This document shows, piece by piece, positions 57,488-64,000 of a DNA stretch of 64,000 nt. Location: positions 32,001-96,000 of the IMG/VR virus record IMGVR_UViG_3300005617_000028; one strand, given 5' to 3'. The stretch comes from a virus. The notes beneath the pieces are model-generated. The model had not been told where the DNA came from. It was given only the letters and a program-made list of their open reading frames with translations, and searched no databases. Position numbers and translations under genes: made by a program. Within the stretch, counting starts at the first letter, position 1. The number at the start of each line of letters is the position of its first letter.

Positions 57488-57959
57488 TCGACGGCTAGTG
57501 ACGGCAAAATTAGCCGTCCCGGACGCGGAAACGTGCGGTCGGCCCGGGTTTTGCCGCCAAACCGCCCACAGTCGCCGAACCGGCCCGCTAATCTGGACCG
57601 CGAGGCGCCGTCCTACGGCCCGCCTACCGTGTCGAGCACCGACACCCGCCAGTACCGCTGCACCAACCGCAGGGCGGTCCGCCGCCCACCCGCCAGGACC
57701 GCGGAAGCCGACAGAGCTAACCTCCGTCACCCGCAACCCCAACCCACCGCAACATGACCGGTCTTTGCGACGGCAGCCACAGCCCCTCAGCAGGGTGAGG
57801 TATCAGTCCGACAAACACGCACCAAGGCCGGCGTCGAGCACCGCAGCGGGACCGGGTCGAACGGAGCCACACAGCACGGCACGCCTTCGGGTGTGTGGCC
57901 CGGCGTGGATTCTTCATAGCGGGCCCGGCACGACAACGCAGCGTCCTACGGGAGACCGG

Positions 57960-58187
57960 ATGAGCGTGGCACCGCCCGACGGCGGAACCCCGCCGACCGA
58001 GCCCCCACCGAAGGTGGAGACGACCCTCACCGTCAACGAGGCGCTGGCCAATGCGGCCCGGTTGTTGCGGGCGGCGGAAATGGAAACGAATCTGGCCCTC
58101 ATGGAGCGGCTGGAAAAGCTCGCCGACTCGTGGACCTCCATCGCCGGCATGCTCATCTCGGCCGCCGAGCTGGGGGAGCCGGATTGA
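57960..58187 (+). CDS. Small helical protein
   Basis: GGGAG RBS; EALANAARLLRAAEMETNLALMERLEKLADSW. Confidence 0.6.
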   Translation: MSVAPPDGGTPPTEPPPKVETTLTVNEALANAARLLRAAEMETNLALMERLEKLADSWTSIAGMLISAAELGEPD

Positions 58188-58426
58188 CGTTGGCGACCCA
58201 CCGTTTCGTCAGGTAGGCCGAAAACGGCCGACAAGTTGGCGCCGGTCTCCAAAACGGCGCTGAATAGCGTTGTCAGGTCGCGTTCAGACCTGTGGCGAGG
58301 CCTCGAATTCGGTTTTCACCGTAACCGGGGCCAGGAATACCGCGCCCATGTCGAATGACATGGGCCAATAGTGTGCGGCCCCCGGTGAGTCGGGCGTCGA
58401 ATGTGACGCCGTCGTCGTCCGCTCAA

Positions 58427-58699
58427 TCAGGATGGCGGCGCCGGGCGCGCCCGCCACAGTTCCGCCGGGTCGACCTCTTGCGCGGTGGCGTCCTCGTCGG
58501 CCAGTGACTTGACGACCCCCGGCTCGGACAGGATGTCCAGCGTCTCCTGCAGTGCGGCCAGGGCTTCCACGGCGAGGATCACCACGGTCGGTACGCCGTC
58601 CTGGGTAATCGCCACCCGGTCCTCGGTGCCGGCCACGTCGGCGACCAACGAGGACAGCTGTTCGCCGGCCTGGGTGAGGGACACGGTTGCCACAATCAT
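58427..58699 (-). CDS. Orphan Phd/YefM family antitoxin
   Basis: VSLTQAGEQLSSLVADV..TEDRVAITQDG.P..VIL.....ALQETLDILSEP; no toxin ORF downstream. Confidence 0.85.
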   Translation of the reverse strand: MIVATVSLTQAGEQLSSLVADVAGTEDRVAITQDGVPTVVILAVEALAALQETLDILSEPGVVKSLADEDATAQEVDPAELWRARPAPPS

Positions 58700-58797
58700 G
58701 CGTGAACCCTAGCTGCTAGGCGACCCAGGTCTACACGTGTTTCCTGGACCCTTCGGCAATCCCGGGTGACGGGTCCCGGGGCGTCTACGCTGGCGGG

Positions 58798-59166
58798 ATG
58801 ACGCTGCGACACGAGGCCGAGGCCGCGGTGGGTTTGGAAGACACGGTCAAGGCGGAAGACGGCACCGTCCACCACATCCGCTTGATCTCCAATGTGGAGG
58901 CCGGATGGCGCTACGAGGTGTTCTCCGCCGATGAGCGGCTGATCGGGTTCCTGTTCCTGCACCGCTGCGACGTCCCCGGCGCGCAGTGGCGCCTGGCTGT
59001 GCTGGACGTCGACAACGAGACGGTGTGGAACCCTCCGGGGGTGGAAGGCCAGCCGAGACTGTCGGTACCGGGGTGGGCCGCGTCTGCTGGCTGTCAGGCT
59101 AGCGCGTTCGAAGCGCTGATCGAGCTGCGGCTCTGGATGAGCCGGCCGGTGGCGATTCCGACATAA
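58798..59166 (+). CDS. Hypothetical protein
   Basis: 122-aa ORF. Confidence 0.55.
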   Translation: MTLRHEAEAAVGLEDTVKAEDGTVHHIRLISNVEAGWRYEVFSADERLIGFLFLHRCDVPGAQWRLAVLDVDNETVWNPPGVEGQPRLSVPGWAASAGCQASAFEALIELRLWMSRPVAIPT

Positions 59167-59236
59167 CACCCGGGGTGGCGTTGGGTCGGTTGGCCTGGTC
59201 GGGCCTATTCTGACGTTTCGGGGAGGGAGGTGCGTT

Positions 59237-59797
59237 GTGACGATGACTGAGGTTGGCCGCCTGGCGGTGCCCGCTCGGCCCCTGTCCGTGGAGGACTGGC
59301 TTGACCTGGACGTGGACGGCGAGCTGGCCAAGCGCGTCGAGCTTCAGGGCGGGGGCCTGATCATCATGGCGCCTCCGGTGAGCGGCCACGCGATGGTGAT
59401 CAGCCGGTTGATGGGCTGGCTGCTGCGGGCCGGCCTCGAACCCAACCGGGTGCTGGCCGGTGTCGGCCTGATCACCGGTCCCGCCACCGCCCGGATCCCC
59501 GATCTCGTGGTGTTACGGCGGGCGCCCAGTGCGCGGGTCCGGGCGTTCCAGCCCGGTGACGTGGTCCTGGCGGTGGAGGTGGTCAGTCCCAGCACCGCGG
59601 CGCAGGACCGCCAGGTGAAGCCCGACGAGTACGCGGCCGCCGGCGTGGAGTGGTTCTGGCGGGTGGAGGGCGCCCACAGCCCGGATACCGCGATGGTGCA
59701 TCCGGCGCACCGCATGCGGGTCGGTCTGGATCCGCTGGACCCGCTGCCGCTGGCTGCTGTTCTGGTGGACGACCCGACCCGGCTGTTCGGTGGCTGA
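59237..59797 (+). CDS. Uma2 family PD-(D/E)XK endonuclease
   Basis: RVELQGG.LIIMAPP..GH, RIPDLVV, LAVEVVSPST...DRQVKPDEYAAAGVEWFWRVE. Confidence 0.92.
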   Translation: MTMTEVGRLAVPARPLSVEDWLDLDVDGELAKRVELQGGGLIIMAPPVSGHAMVISRLMGWLLRAGLEPNRVLAGVGLITGPATARIPDLVVLRRAPSARVRAFQPGDVVLAVEVVSPSTAAQDRQVKPDEYAAAGVEWFWRVEGAHSPDTAMVHPAHRMRVGLDPLDPLPLAAVLVDDPTRLFGG

Positions 59798-59971
59798 CGC
59801 GCCGACGCAGCGGGCGATACGAGCGGACGACCGGCTGCGGTGCGACGTTGTACGTAGGTAATGGGTTGGCGCAGCTGCTCGCGGCCGGCTGGACGTGGCA
59901 GGACGGTCCGGGCGACCTTGTGGCCGGAAAGCGGATCAGGTACCTGCGGGCGCCCCACGTACGCTGCTGAA

Positions 59972-60223
59972 ATGGATCACGTAGCGCCCATCGGGCAGGT
60001 CCGGCGCAGGCTGGCTGGTGTCGTGGAACGCGCCACGCGACATGAGTCCACCATCATTACTCGGAACGGTGTTGAGGTCGCCGCGGTGGTGCCCGTTTCG
60101 TTGTTGCGGGAGTGGCGTTTGTGGGAAGAGCAGCACGTTTTGGCCACGGCCGCTGAGCGGGCGGGTGAGTCGACGTATTCCTTGAATCAGGTTCTCGCTG
60201 AGGTGGCAGGTACTGAGACGTGA
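59972..60223 (+). CDS. Orphan Phd/YefM family antitoxin
   Basis: PIGQVRRRLAGVVERA...STIITRNGVEVAAVVPV; the next ORF is not RelE/PIN-like. Confidence 0.85.
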   Translation: MDHVAPIGQVRRRLAGVVERATRHESTIITRNGVEVAAVVPVSLLREWRLWEEQHVLATAAERAGESTYSLNQVLAEVAGTET

Positions 60224-60465
60224 AGGCACCCACGTGCGCGCAGTGTGGCGCGGCTGATCAGGAGCTGCGACCGTACGGCCCGGGCGGCTCGATGACCTGT
60301 TTCGACTGTGCGATGGCCAGCCCGGAGCGCATGGAGGCCACTGGGGCCGCGTTCGGCGCGCTGCTGGCGGCGGCCGAGGCGGTCAGTCCGGTCGGTGTCG
60401 CTGTCGTCGGCCAGGAGTCCGGGCCCGCGCCGTACGAGCCGGAGGCCACCCAGACCTGCGGCTAG
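60220..60465 (+). CDS. Small Zn-finger phage protein
   Basis: CAQCG...ELRPYGPGGSMTCFDCAM. Confidence 0.65.
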   Translation: MKAPTCAQCGAADQELRPYGPGGSMTCFDCAMASPERMEATGAAFGALLAAAEAVSPVGVAVVGQESGPAPYEPEATQTCG

Positions 60466-60737
60466 TCGGTCGCGACACCATCCGCCGTTGTACTCGCGTC
60501 AATAACCGCCCTCGTCCGGATTGCTAGGAGCTGGCCGACGCGAGCGCGGCTCATACCCATCACGGCGGCGATCTGGGCATGGGTCATGCCGGCGGTGACC
60601 ATGTCGTTCATCGCCTCGCGCCGCAGTGCTGACAGCTCACCGATGACTGTCTGGTGGTAGTCGATCAGTGTGCTGGCGCGTACGGCCCGTTCGGCCGGGT
60701 CGATGAGGCCGCTGAGCGTGTCGAGTGGGTCGTCCAC
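60462..60737 (-). CDS. Small HTH DNA-binding protein
   Basis: LRREAM..M..AGMTHAQIAAVMGMSRARVGQL. Confidence 0.75.
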   Translation of the reverse strand: MDDPLDTLSGLIDPAERAVRASTLIDYHQTVIGELSALRREAMNDMVTAGMTHAQIAAVMGMSRARVGQLLAIRTRAVIDASTTADGVATD

Positions 60738-60958
60738 GGGGCCAGGCTAGTCCCGGATTCGAGGTCCGGCCAAGGGGGGTTGCGTGCTGTCTGGCGCCAA
60801 CTCCCGGGCCGGTTCCGTGGTCGCCACCACGTGTCGCGCCAACGTGGTCTTGCCACCATCGGTGGTGTGGCGTCCGCCGTCAACGCCAGACACGGTATTA
60901 GGCTGTTGACCTGCGTAAACAAGAGCTGTTCGGCCGCTGTCGCGGGCCGGGGGTCGTG

Positions 60959-60974
60959 TAATACGCTCGTATTA
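60959..60974 (+). promoter_or_regulatory. Palindromic operator at the start of the RHH gene
   Basis: TAATACG-CT-CGTATTA overlapping the ATG. Confidence 0.55.
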
Positions 60975-61279
60975 TGACCAATGATCGTCGCCCCGCTGGT
61001 GTACCGGAGCCGCTGGGCCTGTCCGGCCTGTTGGCCCTGGATCGTGAGGGCTTTCTGGAGTATTACCGGGCTGGCGGGGACATGAGCGCGTTGACTCCGT
61101 TCACCGCTGCGTGGCGGGACACCGCGGACGACACGATGCGAGTCATCACGGTGCGCCTGCCTCGCATCCTGCTGGGCCGCTTGGACAAGCTGGTCGGCGC
61201 CCGCAACCGGGAGGGCCGCTCCGGGCTGATCCGGACTGCGATTGAGGAGTACCTGCACCGACTGGAGTCAGGCCTGTGA
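60974..61279 (+). CDS. CopG/RHH domain protein
   Basis: VITVRLPRILLGRLDKLV.....GRSGLIRTAIEEYL. Confidence 0.8.
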   Translation: MTNDRRPAGVPEPLGLSGLLALDREGFLEYYRAGGDMSALTPFTAAWRDTADDTMRVITVRLPRILLGRLDKLVGARNREGRSGLIRTAIEEYLHRLESGL

Positions 61280-61527
61280 CCAGCCCACAGCGTGAAGACC
61301 TGGTGCGTCAGGCGCGCGAGCTGCGTCGCCGCATTGACCGCCTGAACGCCGACTTGGTGGCCGCGTACGCCGAGCGGCGCGAACTGATGCTCACGATGGA
61401 CCAGGTGATGACCCGACGCGCTTCTGCTGCCGTCTGGGGCCTGTCCAATGTGGCTGTCACCCACACCGTCAACCGTGACCGGTTCGGTCGCGCATCCGCT
61501 AGCCCACCCACCGAAGGAGAATCCTGA
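61276..61527 (+). CDS. Small helical/HTH protein
   Basis: GTGA coupling; TRRASAAVWGLSNVAV. Confidence 0.55.
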   Translation: MTSPQREDLVRQARELRRRIDRLNADLVAAYAERRELMLTMDQVMTRRASAAVWGLSNVAVTHTVNRDRFGRASASPPTEGES

Positions 61528-62117
61528 TGGCTGAGAAGGTGGGCTATGCCCGGGTCAGCACCAAAGACCAGAACCTCGCCCGCCAGCTGAGCGCGCTCAC
61601 CGCGGAAGGCTGCACCCGCATCTTCCAGGAGAAGAGGAGCGGTAAGCGCGGGACCGAACGGCCCCAGCTGGAGGCCGCCCTGGACTACCTGCGGGAGGGT
61701 GACACCCTCGTGGTCACCGAGCTGGCCCGGCTGGGCCGTTCGACAAAGCACCTGATCGAGCTGCTGCTCACCTTCGGCATGCGGGGCATCAACCTGCGCT
61801 CGCTCAACGGCGCCATCGACACGACCACCGCGATGGGCCGTCTGGTGTTTCACATCGCGGCCGCGTTCGCCGAGTTCGAGCGGGACATCATCGCCGAACG
61901 TGCCGATGAGGGCCGGGCCGCGGCGAAGGAGCGCGGCGAAACCGGTGGCCGGCCGCTGGCGGACCCGCGCAAACTGGAGGCCGCGCGGCTGCTGGTGGAG
62001 GGTGGGATGTCGCAGAAGCAGGCTGCGTACCAGGTCGGTATCGGCCGGACCACGCTGGCCCGGCACGGCATCCGCACCCCGGTCGTTGGCGCACCGGATA
62101 GCGAAGCCGCCGCCTGA
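61527..62117 (+). CDS. Serine recombinase (resolvase/invertase) with C-terminal HTH
   Basis: VGYARVSTKDQNL, RPQL...LREGDTLVV.ELARLGRS, AEFERDII.ER, GGRP, SQKQAAYQVGIGRTTL. Confidence 0.95.
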   Translation: MAEKVGYARVSTKDQNLARQLSALTAEGCTRIFQEKRSGKRGTERPQLEAALDYLREGDTLVVTELARLGRSTKHLIELLLTFGMRGINLRSLNGAIDTTTAMGRLVFHIAAAFAEFERDIIAERADEGRAAAKERGETGGRPLADPRKLEAARLLVEGGMSQKQAAYQVGIGRTTLARHGIRTPVVGAPDSEAAA

Positions 62118-62491
62118 TGGTTCCGCCGGACGGGTGGGACCGGTACGCGGCGGCGTTGGCGGAGCGGTGCCCGGAGTGCGGCGCCGCTCGCGGTGAGCCG
62201 TGCGTCTACATGCCGGTGAAGGGCGTCGACTCCGCGTTCGTCCACTACCTGTCGGCCGCGCGGCAGGCCCAGGTCGCCCGGGTGGGCACGCCCACCAAGC
62301 GCCCGCACAACGCCCGGCTCAACCGGGCCAGCGATCGCGTCTACCGGGCCGCCCGACGACACCAACGCAATACGGTCACCCAGGCCAGCGCCGTCCGGCG
62401 CGCCGCCGCCCGGGCCGAGGTCGAGTTCGACCGCCGCGAACACCAGCGGCTGCGGGCCTGGCTCGTGCGTAACGCTGGGCTGTTCCGATAG
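62117..62491 (+). CDS. Zn-finger hypothetical protein
   Basis: CPECGAARGEPC...PHNAR. Confidence 0.6.
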   Translation: MVPPDGWDRYAAALAERCPECGAARGEPCVYMPVKGVDSAFVHYLSAARQAQVARVGTPTKRPHNARLNRASDRVYRAARRHQRNTVTQASAVRRAAARAEVEFDRREHQRLRAWLVRNAGLFR

Positions 62492-62511
62492 CAAGACACA
62501 CCTGCGGGTGC

Positions 62512-62552
62512 TGTTTAGCGATTTGACAGTTGACCTGTGTAGCCGCTAAACA
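62512..62552 (+). promoter_or_regulatory. Tandem 17-bp operators over a leaderless promoter
   Basis: TGTTTAGCGATTTGACA (62512-62528) and TGTGTAGCCGCTAAACA (62536-62552); TTGACA-N18-TAAACA; ATG at 62558. Confidence 0.7.
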
Positions 62553-62557
62553 TCATC

Positions 62558-62953
62558 ATGAGCTACGGACCCCATCTTGTGCGCGTCTGGCGCGAAGACG
62601 AAGGCGGCTGGTCGGCCGCTGCGGTCGACGTCGATGGCGCCTTCACCGCCGGCGACAGTTTGGCCGAGGTGGAACGCCAGATCCGGGAGTCCATCGCGGC
62701 ACGATTGGATCTTCCGCGCGGCGCGGAAGCTGATATGACCGTCACGTTCGAGGTCAGCATCGACAACGGTGGTCCTGTTGACCAACTGGTCAGCACCGCC
62801 CGCGCCGCCCGCGAAGCCGCCACCCGGGCCGCCGCAGCCACCGAGGCCGCGGTGACCGAGCTACGCGGGCGTGGTGTGTCTGTGCGGGACGTCAGTCGCC
62901 TCGTTGGAGTGACCCCTGGGCGTGTTTCCCAGCTGGGGAGAGGCGCGGCGTGA
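62558..62953 (+). CDS. hicB: Orphan HicB family antitoxin with C-terminal HTH
   Basis: REDEGGWSA..VDVDGAFTAGDSLAEVERQIRESIA; GVSVRDVSRLVGVTPGRVSQL; no hicA adjacent. Confidence 0.88.
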   Translation: MSYGPHLVRVWREDEGGWSAAAVDVDGAFTAGDSLAEVERQIRESIAARLDLPRGAEADMTVTFEVSIDNGGPVDQLVSTARAAREAATRAAAATEAAVTELRGRGVSVRDVSRLVGVTPGRVSQLGRGAA

Positions 62954-63227
62954 GGCTCGGCACCGCGCGCCAGACCAAGGTGTGCGCGTCCAACGGTGAC
63001 CGGCTGTGGCGTACCGCGATCGTCGGGGCGGTCGCCATGGGGGTCACCTGCGACTGGTGCGGCAGCGCGGGTGGCCTCTGCCGGCTCTACGCCTACAACT
63101 GGGGTCACCGGGTGAATTCGTTCTACGCCAGCAAGAGCAATGGCTGGTTCTGCTCGTTGCACTGTTGGGGCCAACGACACGGCTTCACTGACTTGTAACG
63201 TGCAGACAGCACACGGAGAAGTAGCTA

Positions 63228-63482
63228 ATGGTGAATGAGCCGCGTAGTAGGTTTCACGTTGTCGCCTTCGTTACCACAAGGTTCGAGATTGACGTGGACG
63301 CCAGAGACAGCGCTGACGCGGCCGTGGCGCTGGGCGACATGATTCGCAGCGGCGAGCTGTGGCCAGCTGTGGACCGAACCGAACTCGGTATCACCGATCT
63401 TCGGGTGCAGCGGTGTGATGATGAGGCTGACGGCGTTACCCAAATGGACGCCCAGCTGTTGGACAAACAGCCCCCGCCGTGA
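63228..63482 (+). CDS. Hypothetical protein
   Basis: GGAG RBS, 84 aa. Confidence 0.55.
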   Translation: MVNEPRSRFHVVAFVTTRFEIDVDARDSADAAVALGDMIRSGELWPAVDRTELGITDLRVQRCDDEADGVTQMDAQLLDKQPPP

Positions 63483-63506
63483 GTAGCAACCATAGGGCAG
63501 CAGACA

Positions 63507-64000
63507 TTGCGCACCTTCCAGTTTGCCGAGAGACACCCACCGGGTGACGGGCCGTGGCGGGATGAACCCGACAAGGCCCAGTGGGTCGACGAGAAGACCG
63601 GGCTGGACTGCCTGATCGTCCGCGGGCCATTCGGCGCGTTGTGTGGCTATGTCGGCCTGCCGCCGGAACATCCGTGGCACGGCGCCGGGCATAAGATGAA
63701 GCTGCTCGCGAAGGTGAGGGTGCACGGCGGCCTCACCTTCGCGTCGTACTGCCAGGAGGGTGCGGAGGACGGGCCGGGCGTATGTCATGTGCCTGAGCCG
63801 GGGCGTCCTGAACACCCCTGGTGGATCGGGTTCGACTGCTGTCATCCCTATGACCACCAGCCTGGTCTGCACTCCGTGCTGGCTTTGGTGGGCATTCAAA
63901 CGGCGTTGGCGAAGATGCAGACCTACCGCACCTTCCACTACGTCCAGGTGCAGGTGACTCGCCTCGCGGCTCAGGCCGCTGCCGCAAAGCCTCGACGGGG
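63507..64000 (+). CDS. Conserved phage protein (runs off window end; start uncertain)
   Basis: GPWRDEPDK..W...GLDCLIVR..FGALCGYVG.P.EHPWHG...VHGGLTF...WWIGFDC.H. Confidence 0.7.
   Translation, partial: MRTFQFAERHPPGDGPWRDEPDKAQWVDEKTGLDCLIVRGPFGALCGYVGLPPEHPWHGAGHKMKLLAKVRVHGGLTFASYCQEGAEDGPGVCHVPEPGRPEHPWWIGFDCCHPYDHQPGLHSVLALVGIQTALAKMQTYRTFHYVQVQVTRLAAQAAAAKPRR

Larger units (their letters stand above)
1..64000. mobile_element. Large temperate actinobacteriophage or phage-like element (partial; extends beyond both window edges)
   Basis: Integrase/xis, PolA, gp32-like SSB, RecA, RuvC-like, amidase-LysM, sigma factor and dense small overlapping ORFans; no host core genes; paralogous genes on both sides of the tRNA/int locus. 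Confidence 0.85.

Noticed and set aside
61527-62117. Tn3-family transposon or DNA inversion switch
   Set aside because: No transposase, terminal inverted repeats or paired inversion sites noticed nearby

Overview
High-GC actinobacterial mobile-element DNA, most plausibly a 64 kb slice of a large temperate phage or phage-like element. A Micromonosporaceae-like host is an inference from the XRE/small-gene locus and the hybrid kinase. No host housekeeping genes and no virion structural genes are recognisable in this window. Layout: tRNA-Arg(TCT), candidate att core, tyrosine integrase and excisionase (1.4-3.6 kb); accessory genes (MazEF, PAPS-reductase-like, SNase, DGQHR-like, ASCH/DUF3850, CmcI methyltransferase, XRE regulator, hybrid histidine kinase; 4-27 kb); a replication/recombination module (sigma factor, PolA, gp32-like SSB, amidase-LysM, RuvC-like, RecA, DUF932; 27.7-39.3 kb); an array of about 16 repeated promoter+small-gene cassettes (42-55.6 kb); a repeat- and A-tract-rich non-coding junction (55.6-56.2 kb); and a region with orphan antitoxins, Uma2 nuclease and a serine resolvase (58-63 kb). 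Most notable: (1) several long, densely base-paired non-coding segments, two of which appear to share a four-way-junction core; (2) a 17-bp TGTCTA-N5-TAGACA operator at 8 cassette promoters that also occurs in tandem upstream of an orphan hicB-like gene; (3) five orphan antitoxin-like genes; (4) a complete tRNA next to a 12-bp copy of its own anticodon arm. All family assignments are by eye from motifs; no searches or folding programs were run.
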